Below the pieces are notes generated by a model. It was given only the letters and a program-made list of their open reading frames with translations. It was not told the DNA's origin and did not search any database. Both the position numbers and the translations under genes were made by a program. From an uncultured delta proteobacterium (GTDB taxonomy: Bacteria > Desulfobacterota > Desulfomonilia > UBA1062), in the NCBI GenBank assembly GCA_963785235.1, contig CAWAUM010000013.1:32001-96000 (forward strand): DNA of 64,000 nucleotides, in the 5' to 3' direction. This document shows, one piece after another, positions 29,540 to 38,954 of the stretch (position 1 is the stretch's first letter; every line of letters starts with the position of its first letter).

Positions 29540-30667
29540 TCAGGGAATAGGTCTTTCATAGATTCGATAGGTTTTGTAGAGCTCAGGGGTGAACGGTTTC
29601 AGTTCATGTATCATCTTTGTATTGGTCTCAACAATCAGCGAGCAATCCGACTCCCAGACATCCGAGAGGAGACTCTGTTCAATAATCTTCAGGTAGAAAA
29701 TCTCATCGATGTGCTGCCCCTGATATTCCGGGAGCACCCCCATGATGACGGTTCTCACCCTCTTGGTTTTTTTTGCTTCTCTCATGAACCTTAAGAGCCG
29801 CCACGGGTAGAGCCTTCCGTTTAAGATCCGTAGTGCCGGATTGACGTCCGGTATGGTGATAACGAAGCCTATGGTCTTTCCATCCTTCTCCGCAAATATG
29901 GTAAATTCAGGGGTGAGTAACATCTTCACTTCGGCAAAGAACATCTCCGTCTGTTTTTCTGTCAGCGGAAGATGGCCCCAGTTACCCTCCCAGGCGGCAT
30001 TGAAGATGTGCTGCACATCTTTCACCCTTTTTGCCAGGTCCCTCTTGTCGAGGTTTTTGAATACCGTGTCCGTTGTGGAGAGAAGGCCCTTTCTCACTTC
30101 ATCCAGATAGGGTACATGTTGGGCGTAATTGACGCGCTTCACCAGGAAACAGTGCCAGTCGATGCATTTTACAAACCCGCATGCCTCGGCAAGATCCTTA
30201 TAATAAGGGGCAAAGTGGAAAAGACCCACTGATGGGATGTTCCCCTCCCCTTCCACCTCGAAACCAACCGAGTCGTAGATGGCGAAGCTCTGCGGGCCGT
30301 TCATAATCTTCTTGCCCTTGTGCTTGAGCCAGGAAGATGCGGTATCGAACAGTGCACGGGCAACCTCCGGGTCATTGACGGCCTCGAAGAACCCGAAGAA
30401 CCCCGTGCCGTTGTCATATTTGTTTTCATAAAGATGATTCACGTGGGCTGTGATACGGCCGACAAGCCTGCTGTTTTTATATGCCAGAAAAAACTCTGCC
30501 TCACCTATCTCAAAAAAGTATCCTTTTTCCCTGTCGAAAAAATTTTTCTGGTCACTGATGATAGGTGGGATCCATGCCGGATCATTCTCGTAGATCCGGG
30601 CTGTCCATGGGAACATCATGAAGTCTTTCATCATGCCCTTAGTATCAGCGCGCCTCACCTCAACCAT
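29540..30667 (-). CDS. Tandem-GNAT protein, bacterial ceramide synthase (bCerS)-like
   Basis: IYENDPAWIPP, VGRITA, GFFGFFE, AWEGNWG, PDVN, MGVLPEYQ, KTYRIYE pattern. Confidence 0.7.
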   Translation of the reverse strand: MVEVRRADTKGMMKDFMMFPWTARIYENDPAWIPPIISDQKNFFDREKGYFFEIGEAEFFLAYKNSRLVGRITAHVNHLYENKYDNGTGFFGFFEAVNDPEVARALFDTASSWLKHKGKKIMNGPQSFAIYDSVGFEVEGEGNIPSVGLFHFAPYYKDLAEACGFVKCIDWHCFLVKRVNYAQHVPYLDEVRKGLLSTTDTVFKNLDKRDLAKRVKDVQHIFNAAWEGNWGHLPLTEKQTEMFFAEVKMLLTPEFTIFAEKDGKTIGFVITIPDVNPALRILNGRLYPWRLLRFMREAKKTKRVRTVIMGVLPEYQGQHIDEIFYLKIIEQSLLSDVWESDCSLIVETNTKMIHELKPFTPELYKTYRIYERPIP

Positions 30668-30809
30668 GTCAATTCACCTCCATCGCACGATAAGATACTA
30701 TATAAGGAGGATGCGCTCAGATGCCAGCCCTATAACGGGAATATGGTGTAAGGATTTGGTGTTAAAAACGTGTATAAAATGATTATATGATATTATATAT
30801 GGGGGAACC

Positions 30810-30974
30810 ATGAGACAGACCATAAATGCCACCCAGGCTGTAAGAACCTTTTCGGAGCTTCTCAATGAGATTAAATACAAGGGAACGACATATACCATAG
30901 AGCGATCAGGTAAACCTATTGCATGTTATCTACACATTTGCATGCCCCTCTTTTTCGATGATTATGAAAAATAA
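30810..30974 (+). pseudogene. Truncated Phd/YefM-type antitoxin
   Basis: MRQTINATQAVRTFSELLNEIKYKGTTYTIERSGKPIA, then reads into repeat copy 4. No toxin gene follows. Confidence 0.7.
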
Positions 30975-31005
30975 TGGCCTGGAATAACTATTGGCTCTGG
31001 CCTCT
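30921..31005 (-). repeat. Dispersed intergenic repeat, copy 4
   Basis: Reverse complement: GCCAATAGTTATTCCAGGCCATTATTTTTCATAATCATCGAAAAAGAGGGGCATGCAAATGTGTAGATAACATGC. Confidence 0.85.
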
Positions 31006-31040
31006 AGGCTCTGCCCAAGATGATAATACATGAGAGATTA

Positions 31041-34000
31041 TTACCATCCATCAAGTACCCTCCGGATAGTCTTAGCCAATACTTTCATTTCTATGGGTTT
31101 CATGACAAATTCTCGAATGCCGATCTTTTCTGTCTTCTCCTTCGAGATATGTTCACTATACCCAGAGCATAGGATGATTGGGATGTCATGCCGGATCTCC
31201 ATAAATTTCTGAGCCAGTCTGTCCCCTGTCATACCCGGCATTGTCATGTCTGTAATAATCAGGTCATATTTGTCAGGACTATCCTGAAAGAGTTTCAGTG
31301 CCTCAACACTGCTTGTTCTCGTTTCTATAGTATATCCTAATTTGCTGAGCATTTTCTCTGCTAGATTTACCAAGACGGGTTCATCGTCTACAAAGAGAAT
31401 ATGCTCCTTTCCTGTCGGGATTGTCTCTTCCTCTTCATGCGTCACTACCTCTTTCATGGATTCAATTTCAGGCAAAAATATTTCAAAAGACGTACCCTTA
31501 CCAGGGGTGCTCTTGCATATTATATTGCCACCATGACTTATCACTATCCCATGAACAACCGACAACCCCAGACCGGTTCCTCGACCCATTTCCTTTGTAG
31601 TGAAATAAGGCTCGAAGATCCGATCAAGAATTTCAGAGGGTATCCCATGGCCGGTATCACTGACCGAAAGTATGAGATAGTTTCCAAGATGAAGGTTCAA
31701 TTCGTGTGCCTCAGTCTCTTTATTGATATTCACTCTCTTCAGACTTATCTTAAGTACACCTCCGGTCTTATCCATGGCATGAGATGCATTTGTACAGAGA
31801 TTCAGAAGAATCTGATTTATCTGCGTAGGATTCGACATGATCAGGCCGGAATCGGTTAGGTCCTGTTGAATATCAATGGTTGTGGGTATAACAGAACGCA
31901 GCATCTTGATGGAATCCTTAACAACAGTACGCAGCGCAATAGGTGAATATTCGACATCTGTTTTTCTGCTAAATGTAAGGATGTGTTTTGCAAGCTCTTT
32001 GGCTCGATCAGCTGCTTTGAGAACTTCTTTGATTTCTCTCTTTGCCTTCTGAGGTTCTGATACATCTTCTATAGCAAGCTCGGAATATCCGATGATAGCT
32101 GAGAGGATATTATTGAAGTCATGTGCAATACCCCCTGCCAGCGTACCTATTGATTCCATTTTTTGAGCCTGTGTAAGTTGAGCTTCCAGCCTGTCTTTTT
32201 CTTTTTCAGCCCGTTTGCGTTCTGTGATGTCCTGGATTACGCCCATAGCACCAACAACCTTACCACTAGAGTCCCGCAACGGCTCCGTTGAAACATTTAC
32301 GTAGATAGCCCGACCATCCTTAGTCTGCCTCATGACCTCGCTATTACTGTATCCAGAACCTGATAACACTTTGGAAATAAGGGCCTTGAACTCACCCCAC
32401 TTCTCTTCAGGTACGATGGGATTGTACTGGCCAATTGCCTCTTTTTTACTCCACCCAAAAATGCGTTCAGCAGCAGGGCTCCAGCTCGTGACTCTCAAAT
32501 CATGATCAAGGGTGAAAATCGCCAGAGGTGAAGCATCAATGATTGCTTGCAGCGCCTGGTTTGTTTTTTGGAGATCTTCCTCCGCTCTCCTGCGGTCGGT
32601 AATATCGACAAAGGTAACTACAATCTGCGCCAGTTCATTATTCTCATCTGAAACCGGAAATGCGCTCACTAAAACCCAAACATCTTCCTTTTTGGTGGAA
32701 CGATGTACTCCCATGACAGCGTTCCAAAAAGGCTTCCTTGTAGCCAGTACTCTCATGACCGGGTATTCTTCCAGAGGCATGGCGGTTCCATTCTCCAGGA
32801 AAAAATGCCAGTCCGGGTCGATTACCTGTTTTCCAAGGATCTGCTCCTCTGTAAGGCCGAGAAGCTCCTGTGCCTGTCGATTGCACGTCTGTATTTGTGT
32901 ATCAACCCCATGCACGACAACTGCAGCCTGAATATTCTGAATCAGCTCACGATACTTTTTCTCGCTGCTACGCAGTGCTTCCTCTGCGTGCTTGCGCTCG
33001 GTGATATCTCGAGTTACGCCCATGATGCCTGAGGGCTCGCCATTCTTATTATAGACGATGTTCATGGTTGCCTCTGTCCAGACGGTGGAGCCATCCTTAC
33101 GGATCATCTCGAGTTCAGAGGTGAATGACCAATTGGGTCCGTGACGATGCCCACTTAACTCCAGAGTTAATTCTCTATCGAGAATAGTTTTGGCCTTCTG
33201 ATAGGATTCTGGTGTCAGGATCTGATCCATGGTCTGTTTCAATGCCTCTTCTGCGGTGTATCCTCTAAGTTGCTGCACAGACGGGGTCACGAAGGTGTAG
33301 CCCAGATTTATGTCAAAGAACCAAATAACATCACGAACATTCTCTCCAAGGATGCGGTATTTCTCCTCACTCTTTCGTAGTGCCTCCTCAGCGAGTTTCC
33401 GCTCGGTAATGTCAGTATTGGTTCCCTCAAAATACAGGATGTTCCCTTGTGTATCATGGACCACATGGACATTGATGGAAATCCAGAACCTGGTCCTGTC
33501 CCTTCGGAATATCTCCACCTCATACCCTTCCACCTTATCGTATTCACGGAGCAGGCGCACCATCTCCTGGCGGTCTGCTGGATTTACGTAGAGCTCCTGG
33601 CCGATATCCTTTACAGAATCGATCATCTCCTGTGGCGAACCGAATCCAGACATCCGCGCAAAGGCAGGGTTCACACTCAGATACCTGCCCTCTGGTGTAC
33701 TCTGGTAGATACCTTCGGTCGCGTTCTCAAAGATCGCCCGATACTTTTCCTCGCTTTCAGCAAGCGCCTCTTCTGCCCTGCGCTTGTCCGTAATATCCCG
33801 GATGCACTCGATTGCCCCGATGACTTGCCCTGAGAAATCATATATGGGATGCGCCCACCCTGAAAGGAATCGTTTCTCCCCCTTGACCACCGGCACATCG
33901 GTTTCACCGATGAGGAGATCGCCTTTGCGCATGATGTTGTAATATATCTTCTCGACTTCTTCCTTGGGCATGAGTACGAGATCGATAAGAATCGGCCGTC

Positions 34001-35243
34001 TTTCACCATAGAAGGGGATAGCATACTCATAATCACCCTTTCCGATCATGTCACTGGGGCTGTAACCAGTCATGTTCTCTATGGCCTTGTTCCAAGCAGT
34101 TATCCTGCCCTGTTTGTCAATGACCAGGGTTGCATCGGGAAGGAACTCAATGATATCAGATAGATGTCGCTCTGATTCTCTTAGCGCCTCTTCTGCTTGC
34201 CTACGCTCGGTTATATCTTCAAATGTAGTATATACCTGGTAGGGCTTATCTTCTCCTGGCTGGAATTGTGGTACTGCATCAATTTCAATCCATTTATACG
34301 TCACTTCCTGCTGATTTTTAATTCCCATGATTGAATTTAATACAGGCTTACCAGTCTGCATTACGATCATAGCCGGGTGTGTTTCACCGGGATATGGTGA
34401 TCCATCTTCATGAATAGCTTCCCAGTTGGGATCAAGAGAGGTATTTCCCTTCAATTGATCTAGATTACATCTAAGAATACGTTCCGCAGCAGGGTTTGCA
34501 TCGATGATCCGACCATCAGAAACCTGATAAACAACACCTTGTACCATTGATTCAAACAGATGACGGTGTTTTTTTTCACTTTCTCGCAAGGATATTTCAC
34601 GTGCATTGAGAACCATATGGGACTTTTGTAAGTAGACATAAAATATTAACAGAAACACCAGTAAGAATGTCAGGGACATGGGTAGGGCTGCATCGGAGAT
34701 CACATCCCATTTCCAGTCAGCTGCTTCGACATCCATCCCAATAACCAAGATCGCTTTTCCTGTGATAGGATCAATCACTGGTGAGAAAGCACTGACAAAG
34801 GTCCCATATTCATCTCTATAAGGACCTACAGTTATTGCTTTACAAGTTAGAAAAACTGATCTTAGTTTTTCAGGTGGATTTTTGTATATAGTTCCTGGTG
34901 GAGAAGCATCCGGATCATTTACTTGGAGATTTTCAGGACCAAAAATTATAGTACTACCTTTCTGAACCACACTATACAGGCTGCGGCAGCCTATATCTTT
35001 TGCTAACTTTTTCATCCAATCTTCCAGTTTCATAAAGCTAGGATTGGTACGATCGTTCAGGGTAAAAGAGAGGGCTTTTACGTCATTTTGATCCACACTG
35101 TCCGCTATAATCTGAATACGGAGAAGAAGATTTTCACGGAGTTGTCTGTCACTTCTTTTGGCTATCCACGATGAAAATAAGATTCCAGACATGGCTATTA
35201 CTATTACTAAGACCCATACCCATCCTTTTCTAAAGGAAGTCAT
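31041..35243 (-). CDS. Hybrid sensor histidine kinase (periplasmic domain, ~6 PAS, HisKA, HATPase, REC)
   Basis: Repeated DITER PAS ends, AHDFNNIL, GTGLGL, TDMTMPGM. Confidence 0.95.
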   Translation of the reverse strand: MTSFRKGWVWVLVIVIAMSGILFSSWIAKRSDRQLRENLLLRIQIIADSVDQNDVKALSFTLNDRTNPSFMKLEDWMKKLAKDIGCRSLYSVVQKGSTIIFGPENLQVNDPDASPPGTIYKNPPEKLRSVFLTCKAITVGPYRDEYGTFVSAFSPVIDPITGKAILVIGMDVEAADWKWDVISDAALPMSLTFLLVFLLIFYVYLQKSHMVLNAREISLRESEKKHRHLFESMVQGVVYQVSDGRIIDANPAAERILRCNLDQLKGNTSLDPNWEAIHEDGSPYPGETHPAMIVMQTGKPVLNSIMGIKNQQEVTYKWIEIDAVPQFQPGEDKPYQVYTTFEDITERRQAEEALRESERHLSDIIEFLPDATLVIDKQGRITAWNKAIENMTGYSPSDMIGKGDYEYAIPFYGERRPILIDLVLMPKEEVEKIYYNIMRKGDLLIGETDVPVVKGEKRFLSGWAHPIYDFSGQVIGAIECIRDITDKRRAEEALAESEEKYRAIFENATEGIYQSTPEGRYLSVNPAFARMSGFGSPQEMIDSVKDIGQELYVNPADRQEMVRLLREYDKVEGYEVEIFRRDRTRFWISINVHVVHDTQGNILYFEGTNTDITERKLAEEALRKSEEKYRILGENVRDVIWFFDINLGYTFVTPSVQQLRGYTAEEALKQTMDQILTPESYQKAKTILDRELTLELSGHRHGPNWSFTSELEMIRKDGSTVWTEATMNIVYNKNGEPSGIMGVTRDITERKHAEEALRSSEKKYRELIQNIQAAVVVHGVDTQIQTCNRQAQELLGLTEEQILGKQVIDPDWHFFLENGTAMPLEEYPVMRVLATRKPFWNAVMGVHRSTKKEDVWVLVSAFPVSDENNELAQIVVTFVDITDRRRAEEDLQKTNQALQAIIDASPLAIFTLDHDLRVTSWSPAAERIFGWSKKEAIGQYNPIVPEEKWGEFKALISKVLSGSGYSNSEVMRQTKDGRAIYVNVSTEPLRDSSGKVVGAMGVIQDITERKRAEKEKDRLEAQLTQAQKMESIGTLAGGIAHDFNNILSAIIGYSELAIEDVSEPQKAKREIKEVLKAADRAKELAKHILTFSRKTDVEYSPIALRTVVKDSIKMLRSVIPTTIDIQQDLTDSGLIMSNPTQINQILLNLCTNASHAMDKTGGVLKISLKRVNINKETEAHELNLHLGNYLILSVSDTGHGIPSEILDRIFEPYFTTKEMGRGTGLGLSVVHGIVISHGGNIICKSTPGKGTSFEIFLPEIESMKEVVTHEEEETIPTGKEHILFVDDEPVLVNLAEKMLSKLGYTIETRTSSVEALKLFQDSPDKYDLIITDMTMPGMTGDRLAQKFMEIRHDIPIILCSGYSEHISKEKTEKIGIREFVMKPIEMKVLAKTIRRVLDGW

Positions 35244-35436
35244 TTGGTAACCCTCCTATGAAACATAGGTGGTAAATTTTATAAAGGCACAACATCTAAA
35301 TAATATACATTCGGTTGTATCTTGGAAGTACTACTTATTGGAGTCAAAAAAAGAGTAAAACCGATTCATATAAATTCATTATAACTAACACTATGGATAT
35401 TAACAAGTATGGTTAAGAAATTACTTCGAACATATG

Positions 35437-35563
35437 TTTTCTAATCTATGGTATCCAGGCTACTAGTTCAGATCGCCGGGTTTCGCATGTTATCAACGCT
35501 TTTCCATGCCCCGCTTTTTCGATGATTATCAGAATAAATCTAGGCTCTGGAATAACCATTGGT
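35437..35563 (-). repeat. Dispersed intergenic repeat, copy 5
   Basis: Reverse complement: ACCAATGGTTATTCCAGAGCCTAGATTTATTCTGATAATCATCGAAAAAGCGGGGCATGGAAAAGCGTTGATAACATGC...CCATAGATTAGAAAA. Confidence 0.85.
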
Positions 35564-35586
35564 CTGAACGAACCCTATCATTGCTA

Positions 35587-35856
35587 TCAGGCAAACAAGT
35601 CTGCATGTGTCCCTGTCCGCTCAAAGAAAATCCGGTCTCCTTCTATTTTGTAAATGAGTAACCAATCAGGCTCGATGTGACATTCCCACCTGTATTGGTA
35701 GTTCCCTCTGAGCTTATGATTCCTATAACGGGGATTCAGATTTTCTTGATTGATCAGGGCTCTTAGCACTTCTTTGATCTTGCCGAGATCGTTCCCTCTT
35801 TTCTTTGCCCTGGTAAGGTCCTTCTCAAATTTTTTCGTGTAAACAGGTGTGAGCAT
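35587..35856 (-). CDS. yafQ: YafQ family mRNA interferase toxin
   Basis: HKLRGNY...WECHIEPDWLLIY...RTGTHADLF. Confidence 0.95.
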   Translation of the reverse strand: MLTPVYTKKFEKDLTRAKKRGNDLGKIKEVLRALINQENLNPRYRNHKLRGNYQYRWECHIEPDWLLIYKIEGDRIFFERTGTHADLFA

Positions 35857-36114
35857 TTAAAGGCCTAGTTTTTTGAACATATCATCTGCATCTCTGCATT
35901 CAACAAGATTTTTGCCTTCATCAGTTTCTTGAAAGACCTTCTGAGTCTCCTCATTGGGAATCATCACATCAAAGGGGAGTCCCCTCCTTAAAGATATCTG
36001 GTGGAAGAACAAGCTGATAGCCTGGGTGGTGTTGAGGCCTAAATGGTTCAATATATCCTCTACGTCCTTCTTGAGCCTACTATCTATCCTTGCTCGCACT
36101 GATGAATCCTTCAT
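35857..36114 (-). CDS. dinJ: RelB/DinJ family antitoxin
   Basis: VRARID...LGL..TQAI...GLPFDVMIPNEET. Confidence 0.9.
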   Translation of the reverse strand: MKDSSVRARIDSRLKKDVEDILNHLGLNTTQAISLFFHQISLRRGLPFDVMIPNEETQKVFQETDEGKNLVECRDADDMFKKLGL

Positions 36115-36132
36115 AAAATACCTCTAAACATA

Positions 36133-36161
36133 TTTGTAGTCCTGATGTGCTACATTGTCAA
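36133..36161 (-). promoter_or_regulatory. TA operon sigma70 promoter with autoregulatory palindrome
   Basis: TTGACA-17 bp-TACAAA, overlapped by TGTAG-N10-CTACA. Confidence 0.7.
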
Positions 36162-36203
36162 GGGCCTTAATCCCTCAGAAATGAGAAACCTGCATATAAT
36201 GAT

Positions 36204-36308
36204 TTACCTGCTCTTCATCACATCAATGACCTCCAAAGGTGCACCAGGCCTGATATACCTGTTCGTGGTCTGCAAAGACTTATGTCCGAGGGCTTTCTGT
36301 AGTATATC
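36204..36308 (-). pseudogene. C-terminal remnant of a tyrosine recombinase
   Basis: DILQKALGHKSLQTTNRYIRPGAPLEVIDVMKSR* (box II LGH...TT..Y). Confidence 0.75.
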
Positions 36309-36316
36309 ATAAAACT

Positions 36317-36458
36317 GATGATCTTGGGTTGAAACATATGAAGCCTCTCACAGCATACCAGACCGTCACAAATGGCATGAAATCTTTAGTTTTCATTACC
36401 CCACTTTTTCGATGATTATAAAAAGCAATCTATGCTCTGAAATCACGATTAACCTTGG
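36317..36458 (-). repeat. Dispersed intergenic repeat, copy 6
   Basis: Reverse complement: TTCAGAGCATAGATTGCTTTTTATAATCATCGAAAAAGTGGGGTAATGAAAACTAAAGATTTCATGCCATTTGTGACGGTCTGGTATG...TATGTTTCAACCCAAGATCA. Confidence 0.85.
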
Positions 36459-36462
36459 GGCA

Positions 36463-36516
36463 GGGAGGCGGTAGAGATCTTCACATCCGCAAGGATGCAA
36501 AGATCCACCGCCTCCC
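36463..36516. terminator. Long hairpin after the lipoprotein gene
   Basis: GGGAGGCGGT...CATCC-GCAA-GGATG...ACCGCCTCCC. Confidence 0.6.
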
Positions 36517-36523
36517 TTTTGTA

Positions 36524-38656
36524 TCAAAATAAATCGTCGAAGGTTGTGAGAATGGTGCTGTCTATGGTGCCGTTAGCATCCGTATCAACCTCAAGCTTGA
36601 CATTCCCGCCAGTGGAGACCGTCATTTTCACCTTACTGTCATCTTCAGCCGTGATCTCGGCGTTCCCAGTGCTTGGTCTTATGGGGTCTGTTCCCAAGAT
36701 AGGAGGTAACACAGAAAGCGAGAGGTTGCCGGGTATGCCGGAAACCCGGTAGATCATGGGGTTGCCGGTGGAGATGCTGTATGCCCCGGTCGACAGGTTT
36801 GTATTTGTTATATTCCAGAAGGTGCTTAATTGTATTACAACACCATCTCCTGTTATGGAGAGCGTGCCGTCAGGGGTGTTGGTTGCCCTATCTACCACCA
36901 ATGTCACCGAGTCCTCCCTGTGCAGCAGGAGATCTCCTGCAAACGAAGTCTCCAGATCTTCGTCATCCTTGACGGTTACATCGAGGTCAGACGCGGTGAG
37001 TTCAGCCGTGTAGGTTCCACCTGTGGCAAGGGTTCCAGTGCAGCTGGTGATCAGCGCGGTCATAGTGCCGGTCAATGTGATATTGGCGCCACCATAACTC
37101 GTGGCATAGTTGTTCATGGTGATTACATAGGGGCCTCCTGCAGGGATCAATGTCGGTGCAGGATTTATACTCAGACCGCCTGTGCCGTTGAGCGCAGGGT
37201 TGTCCCTCACCTTGATGAGGGTGTCCAGAGCGAATCCGCCGACCAGGGTGGACTGGTTGATGGCGTTTACGCTCCTGCCTGCAAGGGAAGCGGCATTGGC
37301 GGAGTTGATGGTGCCCAGGGTACCGGTTACGGTCATGGTATAATCATTCTCGCCCAGGCTGATGGTATCTCCCGAACTGTCCATCTTCGCAATCATGAAG
37401 GAGCCTGCTGCTGCACCTGCAATGGCAAACCCACCGTCCGATGCCGCCACGACAGAGCCTGCCGATTCGAAGCTGCTTGGGGCCCGGCCTTTCACCTTCT
37501 GCCAGAGAGGATTTCCTGATGAATCGAGCTTGATGAGGTATACCTCGCTCGCTGGATTAGAGCCCAGGGGATCGTATGAATCCGTCGCCCCGGCGATGAT
37601 GTATCCCCCGTCGGAACAGAGGTCCACATCTCCGCCGGCATCGCCCGTGCTGGCTACACCGAACGACCTTTTCCAGTCCACAGTGCCCTGGGCGTTCACC
37701 TTGATCACCAGGACATCATTATATCGGAAATCATTATACGAGTCAGAGAAGGTGTTGCCCACCAGTATGAAGCCGCCATCCGGGGTTGTCTTCACCGAAG
37801 TGGCAGCCCCACCACCGAAATACTTTGGCCATCCCTGGAGGGATTCTCCATCGGCATCTATCCGGTTGACCCACACTTCATCGTCCGGATTGCCTTCCGT
37901 GCCGGCGATGATGAACCCCTGGCTGTCGTCCGGGACGATGGACGTGGCAACATCAGTGCCGAACTTCTTCGCTGCATAAGTCTTTTCCCATTGCAGAACG
38001 CCGTCCCGGTTGATCTTTGCGGCATAGAAATTCTGGTCGTTCCCCTCCTTGTTCATGGCATTACCCACGAACAGGAACCCGTCCGGATTGCCTGACCCGT
38101 CCTTGCTCTCGCACACCGAGGTAGCTCCACCCGAATATGAAACCTTATAATCCCACTTGGGCCATCCGGGAAGGGCCTCGCCATCTGCATTCATCCTCAG
38201 GACCAGAAACGTGCCGGGGTCGCTTTTATTGGTTACGCTCCGGTGCACGCCCCCTGCGACATATCCCCCGTCAGAGGTCCTCCGTATGCAATTGAGGATG
38301 ATAGTGTTGCCGGTGTCGTCATACTCCTTTTCCCAGAGGATCTTCCCTTTGCTGTCGACTCTGACCACTGCCCCCGTGGCAGCATTGGAGCCGTCGGCCT
38401 GCCTGAAGCCCGCGGCGATAAACCCGTGGTCAGAGGTTTCCAGGATCGACGCGGCGCCGCTGTACGCATTGCCCCCGAGCCTTGTCCAGAATATGGGGAT
38501 GCTGTTTTCTCCAGTGCCCGGGGATCCCCACTGATCCGGTTCCGTGTCCTCATCCACTCCGCCACCACCACCTCCTCCGCCGCACCCGGCAAGGATCAGG
38601 GCAAGGAGAAAGGTGGCAGCAAGAAGCACGATTCTGCCTGTACAGATTTTGTACAT
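36524..38656 (-). CDS. Surface lipoprotein with beta-propeller-type repeats and beta-rich C-terminus
   Basis: Lipobox LAGC + poly-Gly; repeated T-x-DGG-[FY]-I-x-AG and K-x-D-x-x-G-x-x-x-W units. Confidence 0.8.
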   Translation of the reverse strand: MYKICTGRIVLLAATFLLALILAGCGGGGGGGGVDEDTEPDQWGSPGTGENSIPIFWTRLGGNAYSGAASILETSDHGFIAAGFRQADGSNAATGAVVRVDSKGKILWEKEYDDTGNTIILNCIRRTSDGGYVAGGVHRSVTNKSDPGTFLVLRMNADGEALPGWPKWDYKVSYSGGATSVCESKDGSGNPDGFLFVGNAMNKEGNDQNFYAAKINRDGVLQWEKTYAAKKFGTDVATSIVPDDSQGFIIAGTEGNPDDEVWVNRIDADGESLQGWPKYFGGGAATSVKTTPDGGFILVGNTFSDSYNDFRYNDVLVIKVNAQGTVDWKRSFGVASTGDAGGDVDLCSDGGYIIAGATDSYDPLGSNPASEVYLIKLDSSGNPLWQKVKGRAPSSFESAGSVVAASDGGFAIAGAAAGSFMIAKMDSSGDTISLGENDYTMTVTGTLGTINSANAASLAGRSVNAINQSTLVGGFALDTLIKVRDNPALNGTGGLSINPAPTLIPAGGPYVITMNNYATSYGGANITLTGTMTALITSCTGTLATGGTYTAELTASDLDVTVKDDEDLETSFAGDLLLHREDSVTLVVDRATNTPDGTLSITGDGVVIQLSTFWNITNTNLSTGAYSISTGNPMIYRVSGIPGNLSLSVLPPILGTDPIRPSTGNAEITAEDDSKVKMTVSTGGNVKLEVDTDANGTIDSTILTTFDDLF

Positions 38657-38954
38657 AACTTATCCTCCTGAATAATATGATGCGGGGGTCAAAGATGTGT
38701 CAGCTTTGCCAGTAACAGTTTATCTGGTCAAGCACAGCATCTTAATTATACAAGCAATCTAGGTGATCGTAAATACATATTATAAAATGACTATTTAAAA
38801 AGTGATCTATATTTTGGAAGAGGCATTGGCCCTGTACGAAATCTATTGTCTTGAGAAAAAAAGCCGTTGAGTGCTCCGGCGAAAGAGAAAACATTCTTCA
38901 CCAACCTCCTTTACTCGTGTATAATTGCTTAACTTTAAAAAGGAGAATGGACAA

